A DNA stretch of 63,770 bases, filler included, from Rhabdomonas costata (GCA_019059605.1; 40 parts of 40 records of this genome joined end to end with filler, not necessarily neighbours in it); one strand, 5' to 3'; positions 25,023 to 38,233 are shown, counted from the first letter of the whole stretch. Numbers and translations are program-made. The notes: generated by a model not told the origin, from the sequence alone.

Positions 25023-25427
25023 ATGGTTCAAATTACGCCTCAAAACTATGTGTTCAATCTGGGAAAGTATAAAGGGATGAAGACTATTGATATAGCAAAA
25101 TTGAAAACAATAGACAAAAACGGAAGAGAGAGAGCAACTGGTCTGTCTTATCTTGAGTGGATTATAAAACAGGTTTGGTTCCGTCATATTGATATCATTA
25201 CAAAGGTAATTGATGAAGTCAAGAATTTAGATCAAGATACAGAGCATGATATAGAGCAAGAAGATAAACCAAAAGTAGAAAAGAAGAAGAAGAAAGACCC
25301 CAAAAATGTAAAAAAAAAAAAAATGAAACATGCAGTTATGATTGTTCAGCATTACTTGAATTATCTAAAAACGAAGGTTTCTTACATGAAAATGATAGAA
25401 GGAGAACAACAGTTTTTTATTAATTGA
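25023..25427 (+). CDS. Small virus-like protein with F-x2-GKYKG..YL.W motif (DUF3820-like) and a Lys-rich tail
   Basis: YVFNLGKYKGMK..GLSYLEWIIKQ; intronless, AT-rich, divergent from the HNH gene; an A-run near 25310 may shift the C-terminus. Confidence 0.6.
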   Translation: MVQITPQNYVFNLGKYKGMKTIDIAKLKTIDKNGRERATGLSYLEWIIKQVWFRHIDIITKVIDEVKNLDQDTEHDIEQEDKPKVEKKKKKDPKNVKKKKMKHAVMIVQHYLNYLKTKVSYMKMIEGEQQFFIN

Positions 25428-25555
25428 AATTTTATACTGTATCCTAATTGAAATGNNNNNNNNNNNNNNNNNNNNNNNNNNNNNNNNNNNNNNNNNNNNT
25501 TAATTAATTAANNNNNNNNNNNNNNNNNNNNNNNNNNNNNNNNNNNNNNNNNNNN

Positions 25556-26529
25556 TGTGGTGTGGTTGGCCTCGTTGATGAGCTCATCCTTGCTCACAGC
25601 GGCCACGGCGCAGAGCAGCCTGCGCTCGTCATCTGCAGAGGCCTCAATCTCTCTTCTCTGTTCGGTTTCCTGCTCAGAAATGGCAGCGGTGAAGGACCGG
25701 CGGCGTTGAGAGCGGCGGGAGGGGCGAGACGCGGACACGGACACCTCGGGTTCATGAACTTCTGACGGGGCCTCCACAACCTCCTTCGGGATACTTGTGC
25801 TCGTGCGCGCAGAAGAAGCCCCACTGGGGTCATCCACTGTCACCTGAACAGCAATGCCACACCAAAGTAACTGCAATGAAGATGAAGGAACAACGGCATT
25901 CTGACAAATGAGATTTAGACCTCACCGAACGCAGACAGAGCCAGGCACCTCCCGCGGGTATCGTGCCGTGAGAGCAACAGCTATCACTCTCCGCTTATAT
26001 AGACCTTATATGGAACCACACAAACAAATTCATCCGGATTTACCCGAAAATTTGGGCATTTCCATTCAATGCAGGTGATCTGCAAAGTTCCCGTTACAAA
26101 GAGCAGGCGTGACCCATGAGGCCCCCTACTACAAATTCCTGCGTGCCTCGCTTGCACCACTTAGCATCCAAAGCCCTGCACCTGAAGCACAAGCTGGGCC
26201 CCCGCAGAGTGCATGACGAAGCTTTTGGGAGTATTGACCGGAATCCGGTGCGGGTCGTGGAGGTCAAACTGGCACACGGTTGGCCTGCCCTTGTGCTGCT
26301 GTGGCTGCTGAAAAATCTCCACGGTGAGGACCTGCCGGGGCATCTTTTTGGGGTTGGGGATGGAGAAAGCAAAGTCTTCGTTCCATTCTCGAGTCGGGCG
26401 GGGCTTGAAGGCGGACTTGCGGTGCTCGGAGCAGAACGAGACATCGGCGGCAAGCACAGGGGAGGAGTTCGGCAGGGGAAGGGAGGAGATACTAACCACT
26501 CGGACATTCAGGGTGAACTCGGGCTCCAT
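25556..26529 (-). CDS. C2-domain protein, 5' exons (26529-26182, 25843-25556)
   Basis: FTLNVRVVS..KS..EWNEDFAFSI..LTVEIF; cag|GT and ag|GT sites join in frame. Confidence 0.65.
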
Positions 26530-26869
26530 TGTTTTGCAAGAGAGCCAGCATCAAAAAGAAAAGACCTTGCGGATGAAAATGCCGTGAAAATGCTCTGATT
26601 TGGGCATGCCACGATTTGCAGGAAAAGGGGGAACCTCGACCGTGTGAGGCCCCCAAACCACAAATTCATGACAAAGGGAAGGAACTACAGATCAAGGGAT
26701 TCGCGGTGTGTGAAGTGTGGCTTGCGGATCCACTATGAACTGCCCAGCTTCCAAACCGACAACCCTTGAAAAAAAAGCAACACAAAAGTCACAGTTCAGT
26801 ATCCTCAGCCTTCCCCCAAAATCCCCATTCTGTCCTTGCACCACGGTCAGTCCGGAGGAGTCTCACAGC

Positions 26870-27052
26870 TCAGGACTCCTCTTCCAGCTCGCCCTCTGGC
26901 AGTGCGGGCAGCCCGCGGAGCTTCTTGGTCACCTCTGCGCTCCAGACATCCACGGCAGGGTTCTCGAAGTGCTCGTCCAGGTCGGCGACGGCCTTGAACC
27001 AGTACTTCCGCATGGCATACCGCAGCCACCGGAACACCAGCTCCCGCTCCAC
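26870..27052 (-). CDS. 3' end of an uncharacterised gene
   Basis: High-GC3 ORF ending at a stop, upstream of the C2 gene on the same strand. Confidence 0.45.
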   Translation of the reverse strand: MERELVFRWLRYAMRKYWFKAVADLDEHFENPAVDVWSAEVTKKLRGLPALPEGELEEES

Positions 27053-27153
27053 ANNNNNNNNNNNNNNNNNNNNNNNNNNNNNNNNNNNNNNNNNNNNTTA
27101 ATTAATTAANNNNNNNNNNNNNNNNNNNNNNNNNNNNNNNNNNNNNNNNNNNN

Positions 27154-27313
27154 TGGAGTTCTTCCGGGGCCGCAGCGTGGCGCAGGTCGCCAGCGGGCCA
27201 ACCACGTGTTGGTTCTGACCACCGAGCAGGAGCTGTTCTCGTTCGGAGATAAAGCAAGCAAGAAAGCAAGCGGCCCTGTCATGGGGCAGCTGCGACGATT
27301 GGTGACGGTGGAC
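27154..27313 (+). pseudogene. RCC1-repeat exon with an apparent frameshift
   Basis: RSVAQVASG /fs/ ANHVLVLTTEQELFSFGD..GQL; GTGAGT donor at the end. Confidence 0.6.
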
Positions 27314-28228
27314 GTGAGTAAGATAAGACGAGATGGACGGGAAATGGTCACCGGCAGTTCTTGTGCGTGGACTGGAGAAAGACCGCTGTTGTGAACTCGT
27401 GTAGTGTTGTGAACTCTGTTTTTTTTTACTGGGGATGACCCCTGTTGCCCTGTTGGTTCTCATTTGCGCGCTTGTTTGAGTGAGTCACCATGGCTCTAAA
27501 GAAAGAAATAAAGAAAAAGGGGAGGGGGCCGAGCAAGCACCCCTCACCCAGCAACTCCAATTCAGCAACTCTAATTCATGGATGGCGGTGGTGAAGACCC
27601 ACGCCTCGAGTTCAATTGCGCAGATGTGCAACTGCGGCAGGAAGGCTGGGGGACCGACTTTTGCACCTGGAGCCATCTCCGTTTCAAATGATAAGGATAA
27701 AAAGGAAACAGCATTACTGGAGGCTCTGGGTGTCGGTCTGACCACCACTCGCTTTCCTTTTTAGCAAGAAGGAAGGAAGGAAGGATAGTAGTAGGTAGGT
27801 GGGGGGCCTAAGTTAGCTTAGGAGGGAAGGGTGACATCTCGAAAATTAGTACGGAGGCAGTGTGTGTGTCTGTGTGTGCGATATAGCGCTCTCTCACACA
27901 CAAGGGAACCACGCTTGCCTTTTGGATGTCATGTCAAATTTATTTACTGTGCAAACACTTTTCTGCCATTTCCTGGGAGAATCTTTCCTCCTCCTTCTGC
28001 CACAAAAAGCCACCTCGCCCACTAGAAGGCTCTCTCTAATCAATCCGACGCACTTGGGGATCGCTTTTGTCTGTGGCCACCGTTTATCGACTCATCAGCT
28101 GATTTTCCCTCCCCCTTTCCCGTGGGCCACTTGTGGGCCTTAATTGAGTCTTGGTGGCTGTCCGCACGACAGGACACAGCAGCGGCGCTCACCCCATCTC
28201 CCCCCCTTACACAGCAAGGCACTCGCAC

Positions 28229-28382
28229 CATGAGTGTTGTCGCCGAAGCTAAACACCCCCTCCAGCGCAGAGGGGGCCAGCAGGGGCTCCGTCTTGGGCT
28301 TCCCCACCACAGCGCCAGGCTCGAAGGGCAGCGGGGGCGGAGGCGCGACCTCCCCTACCTGCGCAGCGAAAAGGCCAGCCAT
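28229..28382 (-). CDS. First exon of a probable RCC1-repeat protein
   Basis: MAGLFAAQ..GVFSFGDNTHG followed by a GTGCGA donor. Confidence 0.5.
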
Positions 28383-29363
28383 CCAAAAGTTGTGGACATG
28401 GCCACCGCCGACATTGCGTGAACATGCGGGGTAACCAGCGATCCCAATTTTGGTATTCTTCTCGCAAAATCTTCCAATTGATTTTTCTCGAATTGACTTG
28501 ATCCTCTCACAAGTGTGTGGACGCCTGACAAAACACAATCGGAGGGCCCATGGGAGCCGCTCGGGACCTTTCTGACCTTTTCGATTTGATCAACAGCGGC
28601 CTTCGATGCAACTTATCGGGGGACAAAAGGGTGCGGTGCAAAAATCCAAANNNNNNNNNNNNNNNNNNNNNNNNNNNNNNNNNNNNNNNNNNNNTTAATT
28701 AATTAANNNNNNNNNNNNNNNNNNNNNNNNNNNNNNNNNNNNNNNNNNNNGGGTGTTTTGAGTGGATAAGGTTTTGCTGTAAGCGGACACTTCCACTCCA
28801 AATGTGTGGTCAGTTTTGCACAGAACTGCCTACTGAGTGGTGGTCACTGTTGTGCTAGTGTTCGTTCATCGCTTTTTGGGTTCGGGTGTTGTGGTTACAA
28901 GTAATGCGTCGCTCAGTACGGTGTGTATATGTGATGCCCTGGGGTGCACGAGCACAAGTTTGTGCTGCAGCGCTCTACCCACCTTGTGGTGGAGACTGTA
29001 GCTGGCGACAGAAGCGCGTGTAAGGGAAGATGGAGAAAGCCGGGCGTGCAGACAATCAGACGGCCAAGGATTACGTCGGCAGACAGATGTGCGGGGCGTG
29101 TTTGCGTGACGTGGCAATTTGTCAATGTTGTGCTGCGATTACGTCGGTCCGTTGCTGCCCAAACACCTTCACGTCTGTACGACCCACATTCACCCCCTGA
29201 GTATGGTAATGTATCGAAAGGGATTAAGTGTGACGCCCTGAGGTGCGGCATGGGGCAAAGATCCTTTTCATGAGTCGGAACCGTTCTTATACAACGGAAG
29301 TTTTCTTTTCCTCTGACGGAGATTGAAGGTGACTTTGTTTCTGTTTTTTTTTCATCATTTCAG

Positions 29364-29621
29364 AGCTGCTTCATGAAAGTGCTCTCTGGCCGTGCCCCGG
29401 AGGACTTCAGCAACATTGTCACTGGGAGGGTAACCTACGGCGGGGTGGACCGCAGCCAGGTTCTGCTGAAGAAGGCCACGGCGTACATCTCGCAGCGCGA
29501 CGAGCACTTCCCCTTGCTGACGGTGCGAGAAACCGTGGAGTTTGCGCTGAGGACGGTGTTTGGGCTGGACCAGCTCCGGGATCCCGGGGACACCAAGGCC
29601 TCGCACGAGGAGCTCCTGAAG
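29364..29621 (+). CDS. ABCG/PDR transporter nucleotide-binding-domain exon
   Basis: MKVLSGR..VTGRVTYGG..TAYISQRDEHFPLLTVRETVEFA. Confidence 0.9.
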
Positions 29622-32600
29622 GTTTGGAGGCTGGCCGTGGACCTTCATCTCGTTCTGCTGGGTACGCGGCAGAGGGAGGGCGGGGGGCTGCCGTGCGTGG
29701 CTTCCTTTTTGCTGTTCGGTAGTGTGAGGCTGAAAGGTTGTACCCCACCCCTAGGGGGTTGTCAATTTGATCTCTCCGGAAACGAACATTTTGGTGAGAT
29801 TTGCAGGGATTGATGCTGAACTTAATCTTTTGATATACCTAAGGTTGGTGCTCAGGAGTTTTTCATCCTGGCTCTGGCTCTGGAGTGGGTCGGAACGCTT
29901 CCGCTTCCGGTTTTTGTGGGCCGTTTCTGCCCTCCCCCCCCCCCCCCGTCTTTTTTGGGGGGAGGAGATTTTTGGGTCTTTCTGATCTGACAAAAAAAAG
30001 CGGAACTCGTGCTAGTTCGGCAGGCCTCGTTGTGCGAACAGCTGATTTCTGTTGTGCTTGTGTTTCACATTGAATCAAGACATCCTTCTCCCGAGGACCG
30101 GTCAGAGAGGACAGGAGCAACAGTCTTTCCAGTAGTCAAGCGGTGGAATGGTGAGCAGTCTCTCTATGATACCTTTCCCAAGGGCCAGGACTCCCATGAC
30201 GGGGAAGACCGGATCATCAAAAGTCACTGACATGCAAACACACCAAAANNNNNNNNNNNNNNNNNNNNNNNNNNNNNNNNNNNNNNNNNNNNTTAATTAA
30301 TTAANNNNNNNNNNNNNNNNNNNNNNNNNNNNNNNNNNNNNNNNNNNNGTGTTGGGTGATCAATCGAGTAATGAATAGAAAGACGCGAAAACATGTGCAA
30401 AGGGCCTTCTTCTGTGTCGTCAAGTGGATCGGGGGGTGTTGGATGATCCTCATTGAAGGGAAGTTATGATTATTTTCATCCTTTGAAAATACGGACGATA
30501 ACCATAAAGTCAGGACGAGGGAGGAAGCGCGTGACACCGAGCTTTGCGAGCTGAAGGAGGAGAAGGTGCGCTGCCGCCGTCGCAGCCCTTGCAGCTCCCG
30601 CTGTTCCGAAGATGGCGGGTCGCATAATTGTACCATGCTGGTTTTCTGGTTGGGAAACGCATCGGGAGAGGAGGTAAGCAAAAAGACTGGTGGGACGTTC
30701 ACTGGATCCTGGAACACCACGCAGCATCTTGTTATATTTGGTTTGCACACTTAAGCTATTGTTTGGAATTGATTGGGATGTGTTACATACAGCTTAACTT
30801 CTGCCGATCAAGTTGCATTGCTGGGCAAAGGAATCGAATCCAAACTGTGGACCCACCCAGCCCAGCACGCAAAAAGTTGGAATTCTCGCGAGAAGGCGGT
30901 CTGTGCCCATTGCAATTCGACAGCAGAGCAAACCACTTAATTGTCCACCCTGTGAGAAAATTAAAACGTACACCCGAAATTGAGGCTGCTGAGTTAGGGG
31001 CGCGTGCGGCCTCTGTCCGACATATCGTTGGCTGACAAACTGTGAGCGCTGCCCTTTCGTACCCGGAACGGTGGCAACGCGTGCATTAAAACAGAGTAAG
31101 ACACAGAGTGACTCGGTCGAAAGGGTACCAATTGAGCTCTCATTTTCAGATAGAAAAAATGTTCAACGATGCTCACTCGAAGCGAAATGGTTCGATTTAT
31201 CAAATCCGGAGACGAGCTTCCAGATAGGAGTCCACTGGGCTAGTGTCCAGCATCCAATTCCGGCACGTGGTCATACAAAAGCCAAAAAAAGAAAGAGGCG
31301 CAAAGAAAAACAGAGGGTGGGGAATTGGAAAGACGAATGTGGTGACAATGGCCAATTCAGGAGATGGCGTGTGCAGAACGCCGAGAACCAGGTGCACCTT
31401 TGCCTCGAAGGTTTCTGACTGGAGCTCGGCCTCGGCCTCGGAGCTTGAGCTCGAGCCCGAGCAGCTGGTGTCGTCCGCCAGGGCGGCGGAGACGCACTCC
31501 ACCATGGAGCGCAAAGTCTCTTGGTGCAGAGTTGTTCGGAGGCGTTTCAGACTGTGCTGCAGCCGGCGAGCCTTGCGCTGCAGCAAGGGATAGGGCACGG
31601 CACAGCCAACCATCAAGCACTTCCCAAACCACAAACAGCCTAAACAATGTTATGGTTATGCTAAAGGCAACTTCAACACACAAAAGGCTGTTGAGTAATA
31701 CCTGTGCGCAGAACGCGAAAATCGTGCTTCTACATCAGGCTTATTCACCGTTTCATAGCAGGTTTCTTCTGAATAAAGAATAAAAGCGGGCACTACGACG
31801 AAAGGTCCGACGCCGGATTAGCCCATACCGACCCCCCCCCACCCCNNNNNNNNNNNNNNNNNNNNNNNNNNNNNNNNNNNNNNNNNNNNTTAATTAATTA
31901 ANNNNNNNNNNNNNNNNNNNNNNNNNNNNNNNNNNNNNNNNNNNNTGTTTTTGGGGTCAATCGAAACACGGCAGGCAGGTCGTTGTAGCATCAGGATGCA
32001 CCATTCGCAACGGAGCTGCTTAAGCTTGTTAGCACAGCCTCTGGCATGTTCGTAGTCGTGAAGCAACAGGAGCGAAACGTACCTGAGAAGATCCAGTGAG
32101 TGAACTGAGACGAAAATCCGCACCATTCGGCAGAACCCACCGAATATGGTGGGAGACGGCAAGGGGTGTAAAATGTATGTGGCTGTCTTTGAAAGGATAA
32201 AAAAGGATACCTCTGTCTCTCTGACTTGGCCGCTTCAAGGCATCTCTTGTATCCTTTATTCCAGCTCTGCACCAGCTGCAAGCAACAGAGGAGTCAGAGC
32301 AAGCAAACAAGGTCCTCTCCATCTCAACCAACAGGGAGGAATGTAAAAACAGTCAAAATGACGCTGTGATCCACGCTGTGATGGCGCCACTGAGTCCCAA
32401 TTGTTTCAGGCAGCAACCAGCAGCCGGACTCTGTCTCAAGCAGCGCATAAAGATTGCTCAGGATCAGTTGTTCATTTTGGCGGGCACCACAAAGACAAAT
32501 ACTAGGTAAAGAGATGCTGCAGATGCTTCTAACTCTACGTGCCCAACAATGGTCAGAAGGAAAACGCGTACAAAAGCCGCGATATCACAACCACCCGAAA

Positions 32601-34721
32601 ATGCAACACATACCTGGCTCCACTTGCGCAGCTTGTTTTGGTAGTAAGCCTTCACGGTCACAGTTTTCCACTGGTCAGGAAGAAACTGATCCACGTAGCT
32701 GTTGAGCATACTGTCTAAGTAATGGTCCCGATGCTCGTCTTTCTGAACCTATTGGAAATGGCAGCCACAACTTTTCACCGTTTTGACCGTTTTGAAAATC
32801 GCTGCAAGGGTTCACCCAGCCTTCGAGTGTGAAAAATGTCAACGTTTGACACGTCAATGCCTGCCCTGAAGCAACTCAGCAAACTCCGAAGAAAGCCGAA
32901 AAACGAGAAAAAAAGAGATTGCAGGCAACATAAAACGGATGGAAGAATAACCGAGGAGGGCATTACCCGAACATTGGAGTACATTTTCTGCTGCAGGTGC
33001 TTTCGACTCCGAGCTTCGTGTTGTCTCCACACCTCCTGCGAGCACCAGGTCGAAAAACGAGCTCAGCCCAAATAGGAAGCGTGAGTCAGACAGGACGAGC
33101 GAATCAAAAGATCCAAAGATCCACATTGCTTTCCAAGGGCCAAAAAAGTAGAAACCAGCATGAAAGTGCCGCGTTCCAGCAATCTACGTACTTTCGGGCT
33201 CCCAGAGATGCATTCATGGCACAGAGGGAGGGCACACAAAGACAACACGGAAGAGCTTGAGTAAAATGTGATCGGAAGTGGAGAAATGGGGGGTGGTGTT
33301 TAAGTCGCTGCATGGAAAGTGGGACGACAGGAACTGTAACCGAACTGTTACTTTTTTCTGGTGACAACTGGCTGCGATGTATGTGCATGTCGGAAAGCTG
33401 GCACACTTTGCGCCCGACTTACAATCCCAGCCCCCCCCCAACNNNNNNNNNNNNNNNNNNNNNNNNNNNNNNNNNNNNNNNNNNNNTTAATTAATTAANN
33501 NNNNNNNNNNNNNNNNNNNNNNNNNNNNNNNNNNNNNNNNNNGTCTATGTGACTGTTAGTGCAATGGCTGGTAGTGGTTGCCGCCGCCGGACACGGGCTC
33601 GCCGGAAGAGGACGAGGTGCGGGGCAGGCTGGTGGCCCCACTGATGCTGGAGCGGGCCCGGCTGCGGCCGTCGGGATGCACCAGCTCAATGTTGGTGCCA
33701 CGGCTGGTGACCTTGCTGAGCAGTGGGACGCGGTGGCGGTGGAGCCGGATGCAGGCCTCCGTGAGGAAACCCTACGGGGCGTGAGAGGGTGGGGGAGAAG
33801 GTGGCAGGTGAGGAAGAATATGCAGCCGACGGTGCGCAGGAGTGCAAAAGTGTGAGGTTGCGGGTCTGGAGGGTATCGGCGATTTATCTTACACAGCCAA
33901 AAGATTTCAGAGGTCAGACCAAACAACCAGGCCGTACCCTCCGCTGTGCAGATGCAACTGATCGTCTTTGGGGAATCGGCTCCGTTTCCAGATCAGGCGG
34001 GCAATTTGGAGGTGGGAGGAATTCCCGACTCCTCACCCCAATCCCTTGCATTTTTAAAGAGATGGCGAGTTCAGACCTTGGTGGGGGGGATGGGGGGGGC
34101 CTGCCAAATGCTCAGCGGCACAAAGAAAAATGCAGAGCGGTGGAAAGTACAGAGCGCTGCGGCTCATCACAATTGCCAGTGAGCCGGAGAGGGATGATAG
34201 TGAGTGGGGCGACCTGCTGAATCACCTCCAGAAGGTTGGACTGCGGGCTGAACTGCGGACACTCTGCGTCTCCAGTGGCAGAGCATGCCTTGCGGCCTTC
34301 CAGGAGCTGCCCGAGGGTCTGCTGGAATCCCTGCGAGGGAAACCCACACCGGCACAACCACCAGAGACTTGGTTGATGCTTAAAGGGGCGTGGGACATGA
34401 CAACGGCGCAGGAAAGCGAATGGGGACAAATGCCATACTGATGCCCTAAGTACCCACGAAAGATCTTGCAGAATGTCATGTCCCCTACCCTCCCGGTGGA
34501 CTAATACCGGGCAAGAATGCCACATCCTTTAGTCTCGACATGCAGCCAGAAGCTAGAAAGCTGTCAGTAAACTCAATACAATCCGGAGGACTACCAACCC
34601 CACAAAGTGGCCGGCAAGTATGTCTCAAGTTGAGAAACTCTTGCCAGGTCCTCCGGCTCTTGCTCGACCCGAAGGGTCATTCGAAGATTTATGCCAGAGT
34701 AGAGGCATTATTGTTTCCTAC

Positions 34722-34871
34722 CGAGGTATCTGCGGTGGTCAGGAGCTTCGAGAGGTTGCTGCGGGAGAGATCTGTGGAGGGCTGAATGAGCCGCCCGCAG
34801 CAGTCCGTCACCACGACCAGCAAGTCCTGCAGGTCGAGAAACCCCAGGAACCGCCCCTGCTCGTTGGCCAC
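34722..34871 (-). CDS. Exon with a CBS-domain-like motif
   Basis: VANEQGRFLGFLDLQDLL; bounded by cag and GTAGGA. Confidence 0.45.
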
Positions 34872-35139
34872 CTGTGCACATACCCATCCACACACAGAGG
34901 GACATGTGTCAGAGGGGAGCCCCGAGCCACTATTCGCAGCCCCGCTGCAGTATGGCCCTCACCCAGCTTATTATGCTCGACAACATCACAAAGATGTTCA
35001 TTGTCCAATGGTCCACAAACACCCAACCACACCCAACACNNNNNNNNNNNNNNNNNNNNNNNNNNNNNNNNNNNNNNNNNNNNTTAATTAATTAANNNNN
35101 NNNNNNNNNNNNNNNNNNNNNNNNNNNNNNNNNNNNNNN

Positions 35140-36608
35140 TTGTGGGTGGAATGAAGTATCGGGGTATTCTCGGCGCTTCCAAAGCCCGTAATCAATGATG
35201 TCAGAAGTTCTACGAGAGGAACCCGGGTCCCGATACACTCGTTGTTTTCATGAGAATCAACAGCGGAGCTCAAGAATCCAGGAAAAGCTTCCACGCACCG
35301 ACGGAGCACGTGCTGCAAGAAGCGGGAAATCGTTCCCGAGACCGGGCTGCCTTCCGCTTTACAATGAACGAGACCAAGAAGGACCATTGCTTTCACAGTA
35401 GATGTGGCAAGTCCAGTCAACATAACAGAAGTGGGTTCTGGCCGGGGTATCATCGCGGCCTTGGAGCTCATATTAGATGCGTCGAAGCTAAAGGGTTCTT
35501 GGCCAAAGTTAGCCTTGACGACAGAGTTGGCGCCAACCACCAGCACACAGGGAACCCAGTCAGTGGTTTTCGTCTTGCAGGCAGGACCCAGAAGGGCACC
35601 GTTTTTCGTGAAAAACGCAACCCCATCTTCCGAGTTACCCGCGTAAACCCCGCAACCAATCACATCCCCCACAGCAAAGGAGGGTCCAAACTCCTTCTGC
35701 CCAGCTTCCGACGTGAGAAAGCAAGACTCAACCGTATCCCGAGGGTTGGAATGAAGCATAATCTTTTCGCCCGCCTCCGTGGTGACCGAAGATAGTGAAG
35801 AAAACTTCGCCAGACCAATCCAAGGAGACTTTTTGGGTTCGAAGGCTTTCAAGGTAACCTCGAAATAGAGGAATCCAGATCCTTCCGTCGCTCGCAAACA
35901 GCTCTCGCGTCTGCAGGGGCGCAGAACGAATCCCTTCTTGGTGTCGTAGTTGCAAACGAAAGTGCACCCATCTGCATTCCCAGTGACAGAAGTGGGGACG
36001 GCAGCAACGAACTCGTTCCATGCACGCGGCACAGAAACCCTGGGTGGCCCTCTCAGAAGACCATCCATCATGGCATCCACTGTCTCGTCGTGAATTGCTT
36101 CCAGAACAACCTCCCGTAGCTGCGAGGACCGCTTAGCTATGACAAGGAGCAGTTTTAGAAATAGAGCCTTTGTGGACGGCAAGGTTCGAGCATCACGAAA
36201 CATGACCGTTGTGGTACGTAGGAAGCACTTCAGGCTGGCACGCAGGAGTCCTTCGAGGGCAGGTCCGCAAGCATCCAGTTGATCAGTGGCGTGTTCGCTG
36301 AACGCTCGGAGCACTAATCGAATCAAATAATCCCGAATAAGAATCTCCCTGGTCGTGCCGCCTCGGAAAAAGGACAACCGGCAATTCCGCAGCATGCTCG
36401 CGGCCAGTCTTAAGCCACGAATCCGCTGCAAAGCTGCCGCGACATGAGCATGGAATCGCTTTTCCAGAGCTTCGCGAGAAACTGAGGGATCCAGCAGAAA
36501 GCCAATCCATGTTCCAGCAGACGCAGGTGTACCGGTGCCGGAGGCCGGGGTTGAATCTTCCTCGAGTTGAGCATCGCACCCAGCACCAAACGCGGCTGCC
36601 TCTTCCAT
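35140..36608 (-). CDS. Long exon of a large SPRY-domain protein (possibly an E3 ligase)
   Basis: LYFEVT..WIGLA..FGPSFAVGDVIGCGV..AFFTKNGALLG..VKANFGQEPFSFD within a ~490-codon open frame. Confidence 0.85.
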
Positions 36609-37187
36609 TGAAATTTCAGCATCTGTACACCCAACANNNNNNNNNNNNNNNNNNNNNNNNNNNNNNNNNNNNNNNNNNNNTTAATTAATTAANNNNNNNN
36701 NNNNNNNNNNNNNNNNNNNNNNNNNNNNNNNNNNNNGAGTTGTTTCTTTCCGGGAAAGTTTTGTGCGGTATGGTGGTGTAAAACTGGGGAATTTGGGCGC
36801 ATTTTCAAGCTTGGCTAGATGGGGTTCGTTGAGGCACCCTCTAGATAATGAGCTAGGCATATCACCTATAGGCCGCCAAAGGGCAAAAATTGGCTGTGAA
36901 AGTTCATAGACCGCGAGTTTGGGCAAGTCCGTGGTGGGGGTCCATTCCCCTACTGCCTGGTGCGGAGGCCCACAGCTTCGATCTGCTCATTTCCGCTAAA
37001 AAAAAAGGGATGGTTGCGGTCAATATTTGGGGTTTCGTTTCCACACGCGAATCTTTTGGGCGCCCAACTTCCTTGCTTTGACCGCCCTTCACTACTCGGC
37101 GTCGTTTGGCCCCTTCAGTGCAACCTGTTCTGTTCCGTTCTGCGCGGACCCCCAAAAAGAGAACACAGAAATGAAAAGAACACGAAC

Positions 37188-37347
37188 CCGCCCAGCTCCA
37201 GCCGCCTCATGTATTGCAGGAGCATGGCGAAACCCTTGTGGGGCACCGTGGCGCGGTACATGTTCATGCGGTGGCCATAAAACCCCCAGGCGAGAGTGGG
37301 GTCCGTCTCGAACCACTCTGGGTTGGCTAGCTGCACAAAGCTATAGC
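37188..37347 (-). CDS. Sir2-family (sirtuin) NAD-dependent deacylase exon
   Basis: SFVQLANPEWFETDPTLAWGFYGHRMNMYRATVPHKGFAML. Confidence 0.85.
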
Positions 37348-38102
37348 CTGCAGCCCCACCGCACACAGGATGCGGCGGCAGGCCAGGATAGAGTGGGAGG
37401 AGAGACCAACGTGTGTTAATGGGTGCCTGCCTCTGTGCTCTCAAATCTCCTCTATCTTTGCGATTTCATTCTGAAGTGTGTGATTGTTTTCGAGCTGCGA
37501 GCGCGCGCGCACGCGAAGACAAGAAAACCAAAGGGGGAATTCTTTGCGATTTCAGCTTTTTCGGTGTTTGTGGTTAAGTTTTTGCTCTCGAGGAACTCTT
37601 TGCTCTTTAATCTTTTACAAAAAACACCAAAATGCAAAAAATAAAGACTGATAAGTTTTTTTGTTCCGCATGGATTGCGAATTGGATTGCGAACACGACC
37701 GCTTCGTGGCTTTACTGGCTTCACATTGCTGTGGCGACGGAAAGGCGATGGAATCGAAGAGCGGCAAAGGCACACAGATGACGCGCACTGTGCTCTTTTG
37801 GCTACGAGGCTTCACACCAGAGGGACGTCCGTGTTTCTGACCCTCCTGTGGAGAGGGTGAGACGTGGGATAAGGGTGGATGTGTGTGTTAGGTGGATTTT
37901 TTTAGGTGGATTGGTCAGCTTAATCCTGAACTGCCTGAAAGGCTAAACAGCCCGCACCACAGAGACCAAAGCACACAGAGACCAAAGCAGGGAGCGACGG
38001 CACGTGTTCAGAATTGGGAGGAGGGGCAACAAGGTTTCAAGGGTTTTGGCTCTGCTTGTAATAGCAAGAGCCCCCCCTCCAAAAAAAAAGCCCCGAAAAG
38101 GC

Positions 38103-38233
38103 GTGGGCGTGTGTGTGTGTGTGTTGGGCGCATTGCGCGCTGGCTGTTGCCTGGTTGACTGGTTGACCGGTTGGTGGTGACCACTGGGGACTGACTGGCG
38201 CAATGCGCCCAACACACACACACACACCCCCAC
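38103..38233. repeat. Inverted repeat at contig end
   Basis: (GT)nTGGGCGCATTGCGC (38109-38138) versus GCGCAATGCGCCCA(AC)n (38198-38227). Confidence 0.85.

Larger units (their letters stand above)
24066..25455. mobile_element. AT-rich, intronless endogenous virus-like fragment (Polinton-like virus/virophage/NCLDV-type gene content)
   Basis: Abrupt switch from GC-rich to very AT-rich DNA at ~24066; contains a fibre-like motif, an HNH nuclease and a GKYKG protein. No capsid, polB or packaging ATPase in view. Confidence 0.65.
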
